IMG/VR virus record: IMGVR_UViG_3300009181_000033
Coordinates: 186,001 to 250,000 of that record
Direction: 5' to 3' (one strand)
Length of the DNA stretch: 64,000 bases
The notes beneath the pieces are model-generated. The model searched no databases, was not told the origin of the DNA, and saw nothing but the letters and a program-made list of their open reading frames with translations. Position 1 is the stretch's first letter. Each line of letters begins with the position of its first letter. The translations under genes were made by a program, and so were the position numbers. Of this stretch, positions 10,257 to 20,068 are shown piece after piece.

Positions 10257-11189
10257 TTACTTGATCTGAATGGATTCGAGCTCGTCAAGAGTTATGAGGA
10301 CATTCATGAGCGACTCGGCCTCCTCATCTTTGATACCCAGGGACTTTTGTAGATCTTCAAGAAAATCCCCAAATTTCTTCTTAGCTTTTTCAACCCTGGG
10401 GTCGGCCTTCTCGCTTTCTTCCCTGAGCAATCCTGCTAGCTTTTGCCAACGTTCGACAAGAACAACGGGACGTTCACTCTGTGTTCTCTTGCTGCGAAGA
10501 GAACTTTGCACAGCTCTGAGAATATCAGCAGCGGTCGGTCGACCTCCTCCTTCAGCTTGCATATGCTTGTTTTGAAGAAGCCAATCAATGACCTTTGTCG
10601 CTAATCCAGGATCAGCTTTTGCCTGTTTTGCAACGGCCGCAGCAAGGACCTTCGAAGCCTTGGGAACATCAACTTTCTTTTCAGATGCTTGCTCTTTAGC
10701 TTTTTCTGCATCTTGCCCAGAAGCTTCCGCTGCTGCGGCCGCAATTGTTGGAACGGCTTCTTCTTGTTTGCTTGGATCAATAGGAGTACCTGGCTTGATG
10801 CCTGATCCCCCTGCTTTTCCTTCGTCAGTGCCAGCATCATTGTTGGGCTTTGCGTTAGCGATCTCCGCGGCAGCTGGGGCTCCAGCACCGTCAAGAACAC
10901 CCTTCAAAAACAGGGCAACATCCCCATCAGAAATGCCGGCCTTTTGAGCAACGCCCTTTAATTCCTCCACTCCCTTAGTTATGTCATTCTTTGCAGAGTC
11001 AAATTGTCTCTGGTGAGCCTTGTCAGCAATCGCTTTGCCCAGGCTTTTGCCTACATCAACTCCACCACCAAGCCAGCTCTTGACTTTGTCCAAAAATCCA
11101 ACTTCAACGAGCTGTTGACGTTGGAGAGATGTTATGTTTCCCTCTAGCATAAATTGATAAAGTTTGTAATCTAAAGCTGCCTTGTTCAT
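10257..11189 (-). CDS. Ala/Lys-rich hypothetical protein, possible head-internal protein
   Basis: 310-aa ORF, AGAGG RBS; contains VERWQKLAG motif. Confidence 0.65.
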   Translation of the reverse strand: MNKAALDYKLYQFMLEGNITSLQRQQLVEVGFLDKVKSWLGGGVDVGKSLGKAIADKAHQRQFDSAKNDITKGVEELKGVAQKAGISDGDVALFLKGVLDGAGAPAAAEIANAKPNNDAGTDEGKAGGSGIKPGTPIDPSKQEEAVPTIAAAAAEASGQDAEKAKEQASEKKVDVPKASKVLAAAVAKQAKADPGLATKVIDWLLQNKHMQAEGGGRPTAADILRAVQSSLRSKRTQSERPVVLVERWQKLAGLLREESEKADPRVEKAKKKFGDFLEDLQKSLGIKDEEAESLMNVLITLDELESIQIK

Positions 11190-11232
11190 TATTTCCTCTT
11201 AAGCAATGTGCATAATAAATATGTGTCAAAAG

Positions 11233-11263
11233 CAAAACGGCAACCACATTGGTTGCCGTTTTG
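11233..11263. terminator. Intrinsic terminator after hsp20 gene
   Basis: 13-bp perfect inverted repeat CAAAACGGCAACC/GGTTGCCGTTTTG. Confidence 0.75.
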
Positions 11264-11267
11264 TATT

Positions 11268-11660
11268 TCATTTAATTTTTACTTCTACAACTTTAGAGGG
11301 AGGCTGTTTTAATTTATGAAACTTAAGGGTTAACACACCGTCTTCCAAAGATGCATCAACCGTATCGGGATCAAAATCCTTTGACAACTGATAAGAATAT
11401 TTAAAATTTTCTCCACGAATTTTACCGCTAATCTTAATGTCCCTCCCAAAGGTTTGAACCGAAAGATCCTTGGCCTTAAGACCTGGAACGTCTATAGACA
11501 AATCCAATTCATTTTCTGTGGTATTAACCCTGTACGCTGTCGAGCTAGCGTACGCTTTCATGGAATTGGATCCGTAAAGATCATTATCAAAAATCTTAAA
11601 AAGATCGATGAAGTTTCTAGAATTCGTCAGCATTGTATCGTAATCATACTTGGTTAACAT
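11268..11660 (-). CDS. Small heat-shock protein (Hsp20)
   Basis: IDVPGLKAKDLSV..VDASLEDGVLTLKF..VEVK. Confidence 0.9.
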   Translation of the reverse strand: MLTKYDYDTMLTNSRNFIDLFKIFDNDLYGSNSMKAYASSTAYRVNTTENELDLSIDVPGLKAKDLSVQTFGRDIKISGKIRGENFKYSYQLSKDFDPDTVDASLEDGVLTLKFHKLKQPPSKVVEVKIK

Positions 11661-11831
11661 TGTTAATTCTCCTAATATTGTTTTTGAGGTTCCATTGCCT
11701 CATGTTGACATGATAATCACAGTTGCCTTAATGGAAACCCCTGCTGTGCGTTTTTTATTCATCTTTCATAAAAACAAATCTGACAACGAACATTAGACAA
11801 GCAAAAGTAAAAATAACAAATTTCAACATTG

Positions 11832-12086
11832 TCAAAAGACTATTTCGTTCGAAAACAAAGATTGCTTCTCTTTCTGCTTGTCCTCAGCTTCCTTAAGGTA
11901 TTTTTCATGCATCTTTTCGACAGAAGCAACATATTCTGGGTCGAGCGACATCGAACCTGTGTTCTCGGGGTCTTGAACTAACCTAACTTGCCTCAATAGA
12001 TCTGCGCCATCAACACCAAAAATAACCGCCTCCTGAAAAATCTGTATCATTCTCATCGCAACATCATCTGATATTTTATAGTTCAT
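11832..12086 (-). CDS. Hypothetical protein
   Basis: 84-aa ORF with AAGGA RBS. Confidence 0.6.
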   Translation of the reverse strand: MNYKISDDVAMRMIQIFQEAVIFGVDGADLLRQVRLVQDPENTGSMSLDPEYVASVEKMHEKYLKEAEDKQKEKQSLFSNEIVF

Positions 12087-12098
12087 TTTTATTTCCTT

Positions 12099-12692
12099 TC
12101 AAATTGGTGTAATCCTACAAGTTCTCAATATTCTGCGTATCTCATTAAATAAAATTTCTTTATCCATGCCAGTTCCATCAACAACATGAGAATCCTTGGG
12201 GTTATCATTTGACCACTCGGCATAAAGTTTACGAACTTTATCTTGAAGAATAGCGTCAGACTCATAAACGTCTTCAGATTCATGTTTGTAAGGTTGACCA
12301 AGCAACATGATGGTGAAATCAGGTTTTCTCAATAGCCTGTATAGGTTCGAACAATACTTTTCCTCGAGGCCTTCTGCAGTCCCATAAATAACCGAAGAAA
12401 GGCTCCACCGATCAAAGATAATAAAATCGTAATCATGTTCAATTTGGGTCAATTTCATGGTTTGAAAAATCCACTTATTGAAAAAATTAAACATTTGAAA
12501 TAGCCTAGGAAAAGTTTTTGCCAGTCCACTTTTCAACATCCAATAAATTGATCTATAAAAAGGACCGTTATTTATTGGAGCTTCAATGACAATCGCTTTT
12601 TTTCCTATGCTTTCTATGTACTCTTTTAGTAATTGTGACTGTGTTGCTTTACCGCATCTATCAGCACCTTCAAAAGCGATTATTTTTGACAT
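12099..12692 (-). CDS. tmk: Thymidylate kinase
   Basis: IAFEGADRCGKATQ P-loop, FDRW, KPD; GGAGG RBS. Confidence 0.88.
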   Translation of the reverse strand: MSKIIAFEGADRCGKATQSQLLKEYIESIGKKAIVIEAPINNGPFYRSIYWMLKSGLAKTFPRLFQMFNFFNKWIFQTMKLTQIEHDYDFIIFDRWSLSSVIYGTAEGLEEKYCSNLYRLLRKPDFTIMLLGQPYKHESEDVYESDAILQDKVRKLYAEWSNDNPKDSHVVDGTGMDKEILFNEIRRILRTCRITPI

Positions 12693-12704
12693 AATGTCCT
12701 CCAA

Positions 12705-13724
12705 TTAAAGACAAACGGTCTCCAAAATGAGCCTTGTCACAACATATGGATCTGCATTTGCACAAGGTCTTCTGTCTTCAAGATATCCTCTTCCTGACTG
12801 AACAACGTGCAGGGGGATTCTAATTGATGCTCCTCTATCAGAGATTCCATAACGAAATTCCCTATAAGAACACGTCTCATGATGGCCTGTTAGCCTGGAT
12901 TCAATCCCATGGCCATAATTTTCAATATGGAGATCATGTGTTTCTTTGAGCTTATTACAGGCTTCATAAATGTAATCAAGGCCGCCGCTCATTCTCATTT
13001 TGTTTGTTGAAAAATTTGTGTGAGCTCCGGCTCCGTTTAACTCAGCAACCGGCTTAGGATCCAGCTTGACAGTAATGCCATGCTTTTCACCTAATCGATA
13101 GAGAATCCACCTAGAAAGAATGAGGCCGTCCGAAACCTCAAGAGGATCTACAGCTCCAACTTGATACTCCCATTGACCCGGCATGACTTCAGAATTAATT
13201 CCGCAAATAGGTAGTCCCACATCAATACATGCTTGCATGTGTTCCTCGACTAATTCTCGACCAAAGACTTCATCAGAGCCCACTCCGCAATAAAAAGGAC
13301 CTTGATTAGGCGGATAACCACCTGTGGGCCAACCAAAGGGTCGACCATCCTTAAACATCGTATACTCTTGCTCAATGCCAAAAAGAGGTTCAAGTTGCTT
13401 AGTCTTTTCAACCACATCACGTAAAGCTGCCCTTGTGTTTGTAACATGAGGTTTGTTATTTGAATCATAAACCTCACAAAGAACGAGATAACAATAAGCT
13501 CCGCTCACAAACCTGGTGGGATCTTCCACAAACTTGACTGGCCTTAGAATACAATCACTCTTGTCACCGGTTGCCTGGCCAGTAGATGAACCATCAAATG
13601 TCCACTCCGGAAAATGAGAGAGTGCTACTTGCTCCCCTTCAAATGAAAAAATCTTTGTCTTGCTACGTAGCTTCTGGGTAGGTGTGGTTCCATCATTCCA
13701 AATATATTCGGCAACAATCTTCAT
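12705..13724 (-). CDS. glnII: Glutamine synthetase type II
   Basis: AEYIW.DG..LRSKT, FDGSSTGQA, GIEQEY, GPFYCGVG, EVMPGQWEYQVG, NGAGAHTNFST, RLTGHHET, GYLEDRRP; 339 aa. Confidence 0.95.
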   Translation of the reverse strand: MKIVAEYIWNDGTTPTQKLRSKTKIFSFEGEQVALSHFPEWTFDGSSTGQATGDKSDCILRPVKFVEDPTRFVSGAYCYLVLCEVYDSNNKPHVTNTRAALRDVVEKTKQLEPLFGIEQEYTMFKDGRPFGWPTGGYPPNQGPFYCGVGSDEVFGRELVEEHMQACIDVGLPICGINSEVMPGQWEYQVGAVDPLEVSDGLILSRWILYRLGEKHGITVKLDPKPVAELNGAGAHTNFSTNKMRMSGGLDYIYEACNKLKETHDLHIENYGHGIESRLTGHHETCSYREFRYGISDRGASIRIPLHVVQSGRGYLEDRRPCANADPYVVTRLILETVCL

Positions 13725-13786
13725 ACTTTCTCCTATAGTTTCTCTACATACTACTGCATCACATCAATGATGTTTCTATTTTATTC

Positions 13787-14443
13787 TCACTCAAATGGAG
13801 GACGAAGCACTCCGTCTTTCGTGAAACCAAATGCCTCGAGGGTGTTCTTGAATACGCCCAAGTCTATCACTTGCTGCAGCATTCTCTCTGCCAAATCCCT
13901 AATTTCTACTTGGGCATGAGTGGAATACCTGAGCTTGACGAAGTGCGCAAATGACCTGAAGTTAAACATCACGTCTGCCGTAATCTGATTTCCATAAGGA
14001 AGATAAAATCTGGCAGATTCCTTTGCTCTCTTCCTAGGAATGCCCTTCTCGACCAACCTGCTGAGCGTCTCGTGGTATCTCTGGAGACATCCCTCCATAT
14101 GCTCGATGTACCTCTCCTGTTCCTCACCATCCCAATCAGTCGGCACATAGTACTTGTCATCCTTCAATTCTTTGTACCTAGCTGACTCGGCGTTGATGGA
14201 AGTGCCAATCCTGTGTTTAAGAAGATGAATGTGGCTGGCCAATTCTGTTGTTACTAAAAAATGCAAAGAAGATTTTTCAAAAACAGTGTGATGTTCATTC
14301 TCAGCTAACATTTTCAACAATGAAGGAATTCTGTTGCTTTTTTCTTCTGTTAAGTCTCTTGAAGTAGAAGTCCATGCAGAAAGTGCATGAGTTTCGTCGG
14401 AGCCATAGTGACCAATTAATTCTACTTTATTATCGTAAGACAT
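13787..14443 (-). CDS. thyX: FAD-dependent thymidylate synthase
   Basis: HHTVFE, KHRIGTSINAESARY, KESARFYLP, HAQVEIR. Confidence 0.93.
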   Translation of the reverse strand: MSYDNKVELIGHYGSDETHALSAWTSTSRDLTEEKSNRIPSLLKMLAENEHHTVFEKSSLHFLVTTELASHIHLLKHRIGTSINAESARYKELKDDKYYVPTDWDGEEQERYIEHMEGCLQRYHETLSRLVEKGIPRKRAKESARFYLPYGNQITADVMFNFRSFAHFVKLRYSTHAQVEIRDLAERMLQQVIDLGVFKNTLEAFGFTKDGVLRPPFE

Positions 14444-14487
14444 GTCTCAATACTACACCAAGACATTAAAAATAGACAAAAGAAAAA

Positions 14488-14511
14488 GCACGGATGAAAA
14501 ACCATCCGTGC
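14488..14511 (-). terminator. Intrinsic terminator
   Basis: GCACGGATG/CATCCGTGC stem followed by TTTTTCTTTT on minus strand. Confidence 0.7.
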
Positions 14512-14536
14512 CCAAAAAAATGCCAATTCTTTTTAT

Positions 14537-14833
14537 TCAGGTTCCTCTTAAATAGTCTTGAAGCTTTTGCTCCATCAATTCCTTCATTTCAATTTCCATC
14601 TCTTCCAAGACCAAATTCATGTGCCCCAACAATTCTCTTTGACTTGTGGGGTTGGGAGAAATGAGTTGAGCATGAATTTTTAAATGTTTCTTTAGATCAG
14701 AACATGCATCACTAGCGATATTAGAAAGAACAAAATCAGGAATGCCACGGGCATAATCCTCCTTGAGGAGACTAAAAATCTCTGAAGAGATAAATTCCTT
14801 GAGGGAGACTTTTTGTCCGTGGCTCTTTTTCAT
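14537..14833 (-). CDS. Hypothetical protein
   Basis: 98-aa ORF, ATACTTA 5 nt upstream. Confidence 0.6.
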   Translation of the reverse strand: MKKSHGQKVSLKEFISSEIFSLLKEDYARGIPDFVLSNIASDACSDLKKHLKIHAQLISPNPTSQRELLGHMNLVLEEMEIEMKELMEQKLQDYLRGT

Positions 14834-14861
14834 GATATTAAGTATTGCACAGACTGATTAA

Positions 14862-16607
14862 TCAACCACATTTTGAAGTGCCACATGAAGAACACGTAAC
14901 GCACCCCTCCTTATAGACCAATCCTTCGACCCCACAAGAAGCACACTTCTTATCTGAAGTTGAAATTGTTCCATCAGGAATGTGACATTTCAAAACCCTG
15001 GCAATGACCTTGGAGAAGCTTCCCATATCGCTGTGCTTATCCTTTTGTAGCTGCTCCACAAGATATTGAATAGGGACTCCATGCCTGAGAGATAGAGAAA
15101 GTGTCCTTGTGAAAGCACCATGCAAGGGATTTGCGAATAGCTCAACTACATCCTTGAAGATGAGATTGTCGTCTTCACCCACAGGAATAGAAAGATTATA
15201 AGTTGAAACGCCGTCTCGCTTACCATTCTTAATGAGTGTTCCATTTTTCACCTTCTTAGGAACTTCAACGTGGGAGGAAAGGCCGCAGAACAACTCATAA
15301 GGCTTATCATCCAGCTTGCCAACCAAAACCAGATATGTCTCGGGACCATTAGAGCCCTTAAGATTAATCCTGTGAATATCACATGGAAGTTCCTTTGGTC
15401 TCTTTGGTGCATGATGCTCAGCCATCTTCTGGGGCTGACCATCTATGGTAGTTTCCTTGGGGGTGTCCTGGACTAGAACGCCTGTCCTGCAGCCATCGCG
15501 ATAGACTGTAAATCCTTTGCAGCCTGATTCCCAGGCTTTCATGTAAACATCTGCAACGACCTCACGAGAAACATCATTTGGCAGGTTACAAGTTTTTGAG
15601 ATCGCATGACAAACCCATCGCTGGGCGACTGATTGGAGCTTGACAGACATTGGCCAATCAACATCATTCGATGTTGCCTTCCAATAAGGTGAATTCTCCA
15701 CCTTGTCTTCCCCTCCAGTAACATCCATCCACTTCTTGAAACCATGGTGATAAACTTTATACTCTTGCCACTTATCGCCCAAATGATCAACAAAGTCGAC
15801 CCTTGAATCCACATCAGCAGAAGTTATCTTCTTGCGGCGCTTATAGGAAAGAAGATAAGCAGGCTCGATGCCGCTGGTAGTTTGAGTAAGACAAGAAACA
15901 GAGCCTGCAGGCGCTGTTGTTGTCAAAGCAATATTTCTTCGACCATATTTCTTCCAATTATCCACAATGGAAGCATCAGCCTCCATTATCCTCTGAAGGA
16001 AAGAGCTCTTGGTCTCAGCCTCCCACTCGTAAGCTGGGAATGAACCTCGATCCTTCGCCATGTCCACAGAAGAACGATAGGCTGAAAGAGTAAGGGTCTT
16101 ATAAATCTTCTCTGTTAGATCAACGGAGTCCTGAGAGCCATACCTGACATTCAGTGAAGCGATTGCATCACCAAGACCTGTGATTCCAAGCCCAGTCCTT
16201 CGAGCACCAGATGCCGCATCCTTAATCTTAGTCCAAAGATTAATTTCTGCTCTCTTCACATCAGCGCTCTCAGGATCTTCACTGATCTTATTCAGGATGG
16301 CATCAACAGCTTCAATCTCAAGATCAACGAGATCGTCCATTAGCTTTTGAGCCTTCTTAGAAACATCCGTGAACCTCTCGTAATCAAAGACAGGGTTGCT
16401 GCTAAAGGGTTCCTTAACAAACTTCGTAAGATTGACAAGCAAAAGTCGACATGAATCGTAGGGACTGAGGATCAACTCAGCGCAATTATGAACCAAAAGA
16501 CCATTCGCAAAAAAATTATGAACATCATCTACAGTGAGATCATAAACATCTTCGTTGTCAACGTTTTCAATAGTATCAATTTCATCCCAAAACGCTTGTT
16601 CAATCAT
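14862..16607 (-). CDS. nrdJ: Ribonucleotide reductase (class II-like) piece 3: 41-aa IntC plus C-terminal extein
   Basis: VYDLTVDDVHNFFANGLLVHN|CAELIL; RRTGLG, TTAPAGS, TTSGIEP, AISKTCNLP, KGFTVYRDG; C-terminal Zn ribbon. Confidence 0.93.
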   Translation of the reverse strand: MIEQAFWDEIDTIENVDNEDVYDLTVDDVHNFFANGLLVHNCAELILSPYDSCRLLLVNLTKFVKEPFSSNPVFDYERFTDVSKKAQKLMDDLVDLEIEAVDAILNKISEDPESADVKRAEINLWTKIKDAASGARRTGLGITGLGDAIASLNVRYGSQDSVDLTEKIYKTLTLSAYRSSVDMAKDRGSFPAYEWEAETKSSFLQRIMEADASIVDNWKKYGRRNIALTTTAPAGSVSCLTQTTSGIEPAYLLSYKRRKKITSADVDSRVDFVDHLGDKWQEYKVYHHGFKKWMDVTGGEDKVENSPYWKATSNDVDWPMSVKLQSVAQRWVCHAISKTCNLPNDVSREVVADVYMKAWESGCKGFTVYRDGCRTGVLVQDTPKETTIDGQPQKMAEHHAPKRPKELPCDIHRINLKGSNGPETYLVLVGKLDDKPYELFCGLSSHVEVPKKVKNGTLIKNGKRDGVSTYNLSIPVGEDDNLIFKDVVELFANPLHGAFTRTLSLSLRHGVPIQYLVEQLQKDKHSDMGSFSKVIARVLKCHIPDGTISTSDKKCASCGVEGLVYKEGCVTCSSCGTSKCG

Positions 16608-17406
16608 GATTTTTAATCTCCAAGTTTCTATTCGCTTTCCATTCTTTCAACGCGGCACTCATGTTTATTCCCAAACCTTCGAGTTCGACCAACGTTAATA
16701 ACACTGAGTTAATTTCAGAATATTCTTTTTTGAACTGTTCAAACTTATCGATTCTTTCCAAAGAACCGTTCGACCATTTCGATTTAATCTCTATTATCCT
16801 TTTCAAGGAATTATTTTCATATACAAAAAAGTCCGGTCTATAATATCGACCATCAGACAAGAGATAACTTCTGCACTCGACATCCCAAATTATATTCTTT
16901 TCATCTAGCCATTTTGCATATGCATATTCCCACGAACTTCTTAACCAAACATATTTAGAATGAGATTTATTGAAATGCCAGCCACAAAGATGATGTGTGT
17001 TGTTTTTGTCTCTATCAATTAATTTGCCAGTCCAATCCCTCCAGGGATTGGTTGGACCGCTGGCATTTTTTGATCTAATTTTTTTTAAATTTTCTGTCAC
17101 ACATGATCTTCCAGTCCTCTGGCTAATGTTAAGTGATTTAAAGATGGTACGTAATCGAGTGTAAGAAACGTTTCCTATCTCTTTTGACAACAACTTAAAT
17201 CCCATTCCACATTCACCATAAAGATAATTTAGATTTGAAATCAACTTGGGACAATCTGGATTGTCCTTGTCAATATAAAAGCTAGCTGTCATGTTTCCAT
17301 TTCTCGATTTAAATTTTCTTTTTTGTTTATCGCAAGCAATGATATGAATCAGCTGTCTTGTTTCTTCAATGAGTTCTTTATTTTCAATTACAATTTGATA
17401 CATCAC
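16600..17406 (-). CDS. Homing-endonuclease-like gene (PD-(D/E)xK) between halves of RNR split intein 2
   Basis: LRSSWEYAYAKWLD..YRPDFF..IEIKS; overlaps IntC gene by 8 nt. Confidence 0.8.
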   Translation of the reverse strand: MMYQIVIENKELIEETRQLIHIIACDKQKRKFKSRNGNMTASFYIDKDNPDCPKLISNLNYLYGECGMGFKLLSKEIGNVSYTRLRTIFKSLNISQRTGRSCVTENLKKIRSKNASGPTNPWRDWTGKLIDRDKNNTHHLCGWHFNKSHSKYVWLRSSWEYAYAKWLDEKNIIWDVECRSYLLSDGRYYRPDFFVYENNSLKRIIEIKSKWSNGSLERIDKFEQFKKEYSEINSVLLTLVELEGLGINMSAALKEWKANRNLEIKNHD

Positions 17407-17448
17407 TAACCCCTACCAATCATAAGTATGGAGCAGGGGTTAGTGATG
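17401..17448 (-). promoter_or_regulatory. RBS/start-occluding hairpin with ATACTTA motif in loop
   Basis: 14-bp perfect IR CATCACTAACCCCT/AGGGGTTAGTGATG; motif at 17423-17429. Confidence 0.8.
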
Positions 17449-17458
17449 ATCATTTATT

Positions 17459-18205
17459 TCATAACGAAAGAATTTTATCTTCCTTCGTGAGATTACCAGC
17501 TTCAACCCACCCGCGCTGAGTATAGACTCTATGATCTGGCGTTAGTTTAATTTTCTTTCCTGACTTTGTTGTTATCTGCAGAATCTTGGCATTGTCTTTG
17601 GTTTTGAAAGCAATTGCAGGTTTAATTACAATTTCATTGGTTTCAATGTCAAAGGCTTGAACATAGAAATTCGCCTTGTTGTCTGACAATTCTTTTACTG
17701 TTTTTGGTCCTGCATTTGTTCGAACAATTGTGTCACCTGTAACACATGGGTTTGTTGAAACATTTCCATAACCTTTATGCTCATAAACCTGGGTTGGAGT
17801 CATCTTCTTAACGGTATCCCAGAAGAGCAACCCCGGCTCGGCAGATGTCCATGCTGAATCAATAATTTGATTCCAGAGCTCACGAGCCTTGACAACCTTG
17901 GTGATCTTGGCTTCTGTAACAGGAACATCGACTGGCCATTGAAGAGTGAAGTCAGAATCATTCTTAACACAATTCATGAAATCATCGGAGAGGCGCACAG
18001 AAATGTTCGCTCCTGTGACTTTGGTAAGATCACGCTTAATATTGACGAATGTCTCCACTTCAGGATGACTACAATTGGAAGTGTAAAACCCATTTGCAAG
18101 AATTCGATGTGTGTCCTTGACCGTAAAGTCATATGTGGTTGATTTTCCGGCCGGAGAAATCCTCTTGATCTTTGATGTTGTCTTTTGAACGTTAGTGACT
18201 TCCAT
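17459..18205 (-). CDS. nrdJ: RNR piece 2: 44-aa IntC, 109-aa extein, 95-aa IntN
   Basis: YDFTVKDTHRILANGFYTSN|CSHPEV..GANISV..AEPGLLFWD..STNP|CVTGDTIV..LTPDH..KILSL. Confidence 0.93.
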   Translation of the reverse strand: MEVTNVQKTTSKIKRISPAGKSTTYDFTVKDTHRILANGFYTSNCSHPEVETFVNIKRDLTKVTGANISVRLSDDFMNCVKNDSDFTLQWPVDVPVTEAKITKVVKARELWNQIIDSAWTSAEPGLLFWDTVKKMTPTQVYEHKGYGNVSTNPCVTGDTIVRTNAGPKTVKELSDNKANFYVQAFDIETNEIVIKPAIAFKTKDNAKILQITTKSGKKIKLTPDHRVYTQRGWVEAGNLTKEDKILSL

Positions 18206-19151
18206 TTGTAATCTCCCTAATCTTTTCTACGCAAAATTCCCAGTTATTGTTTATGTCATGTTCCCAAAAGAAAAAATACTTATAACCATTTTCTTTTGCC
18301 AGTCTTTCCTTGATTTTGTCATCAAGTTGTTTCATGACTTGATGTTCCCTGAGCGGTTTCTTACCGTCTCCCCAGAAAGCTGGATTTCCATGCCAAAAAT
18401 CCCCATGGGCCTCTATCACTGTCTTTGAATCCCTCAAAAGAAAGTCATATTGTCTTTGTGCCAATATGAAGCTGTATTTGTAATTTACATTGATTTCTTT
18501 TAGAAAATTTTCTATTTTTTGTTCAATTGAAGTTTTTCGAAAGAGTTCTTTGTGAAATTGATTTCTGGTTGCATTTCGAATCTTTTCTATCGTTTCCAAG
18601 CTGTATATTCCAGTTTTATCCTTATTCCATGGGATATACTTTCTATCAAAAATATTATCGTTGTGTTTTTTTGTTAAGATTCTCTTATCTCTGATTTGTT
18701 CGTAATTTTCTGATTTACACCAGTGAGTCTTTTTGACTGAATCATTTCTTTGAGATAACTTAATTGCGTAACAAGTGTCGGAACAAGTTCCAATTTTTTG
18801 TTTTGATCTTTTGCATTTTGCATTGCAAATCGAACAAAGTCTCCAAGACTTTTCTTCTTTCTTTAAAAGCTTGGATGCTCTTTTGACTTGATGAAGCTCT
18901 TCTGGCGTATACTTCTCTACCGTTATCTTCCTTCTTGATATCTTGGCCGTCTCCCATACTGCCTTAAATTCATACTTGTTTTCAAAAAGTTCGTGAAGTC
19001 TTTGGTTGTTTATATTAAGGGCACGAACAAGCCCTGCCGGAGAACTCATCTTAAATTCATTAACAGTTTTTCCACGATAAAAGACTGTCTCCGGCAACTC
19101 AAAATAAAGAGTCGTGGTTGTTTCATTCAACAATCTCAGGATGATTGACAT
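18192..19151 (-). CDS. Homing-endonuclease-like gene (Vsr/DUF559-like, NUMOD3) between halves of RNR split intein 1
   Basis: PWNKDK..ETIEKIR, TSIE, YDFLL..IEAHGDFWH..WEHDI. Confidence 0.8.
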   Translation of the reverse strand: MSIILRLLNETTTTLYFELPETVFYRGKTVNEFKMSSPAGLVRALNINNQRLHELFENKYEFKAVWETAKISRRKITVEKYTPEELHQVKRASKLLKKEEKSWRLCSICNAKCKRSKQKIGTCSDTCYAIKLSQRNDSVKKTHWCKSENYEQIRDKRILTKKHNDNIFDRKYIPWNKDKTGIYSLETIEKIRNATRNQFHKELFRKTSIEQKIENFLKEINVNYKYSFILAQRQYDFLLRDSKTVIEAHGDFWHGNPAFWGDGKKPLREHQVMKQLDDKIKERLAKENGYKYFFFWEHDINNNWEFCVEKIREITNGSH

Positions 19152-19163
19152 GAAACATAAGTA

Positions 19164-20030
19164 TCACCGCTCTTTAAAACTGACATCATAAAAAACAAGT
19201 TCTTCTTTATCAACATCAATATCCTTGATTTGTTTAAGGTACTCTTCGCCTGTCTCGATGTTTTTTACAACAAATTTGTGTGTTGCCGTGACCTTGATGA
19301 TTTTGCCATTTTCAGCTTCAACCTCATAAATTTCACTGTCTTCAAATTTTTGATACGCTTCAATTTCCTTCCAGCCTTCATGGGTCCAAATTTTCCCATT
19401 AAATTTGTTGTCAACAACATCGTCAATTCTTTTCCAACCTTGGTCTGTTAGTACCAAGGTAGAACCTTCAAAGCATTCAATGGTGAGCATGAGTGCTCCT
19501 CGACGACCACCTTGGGCAACCTCACGGCAAGTATTTGAAAATCTTTCCATGAAGACACCAATGCCATCTGTTGTGCCGGCAGCATTTGCAGTGTGCATGC
19601 CCTTGGGACGAATTGTGGAAATGTCAAAACCGACACCTCCACGACGCTTCATGATCTGAGCCTGCTCCTGGTCTGTGAACAGGATTCCACCATAGGAATC
19701 TTGAGGAGAAGCAATTACGAAACAATTGGATAGAGATTGAAGCTTGTACTCGTTTCCAATTGCCGACATGGGGGAACCCTGAGGAACAACTTCCCATGAA
19801 GACAACATGTCATAAATCTCACCTTCAGTCAATGGATTAGGATACTTGGACTCGATTCTGGCGAACTCCTTTGCAAGACGACGGTGCATATCGCTTGGAG
19901 TCTTCTCAAGCAAGGAACCCTCGGCATTTCTGAGAGCGTACTTCGAAATGAAGACGGAAGCTGCCAATTCATCTCCATTGAAATACTTGAGTGATGCTTC
20001 GTATGCCTCTTCTTTTGTGTATGTGTTCAT
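19164..20030 (-). CDS. nrdJ: RNR piece 1: 185-aa extein plus 103-aa IntN
   Basis: PQGSPM, SLSNCFV, RRGGVG, VAQGGRRGALMLTIE|CFEGSTLV..VTATH. Confidence 0.93.
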   Translation of the reverse strand: MNTYTKEEAYEASLKYFNGDELAASVFISKYALRNAEGSLLEKTPSDMHRRLAKEFARIESKYPNPLTEGEIYDMLSSWEVVPQGSPMSAIGNEYKLQSLSNCFVIASPQDSYGGILFTDQEQAQIMKRRGGVGFDISTIRPKGMHTANAAGTTDGIGVFMERFSNTCREVAQGGRRGALMLTIECFEGSTLVLTDQGWKRIDDVVDNKFNGKIWTHEGWKEIEAYQKFEDSEIYEVEAENGKIIKVTATHKFVVKNIETGEEYLKQIKDIDVDKEELVFYDVSFKER

Positions 20031-20068
20031 ATCGATTCTTTCCTAAACGATGGGTCAAGGGTCAATAA

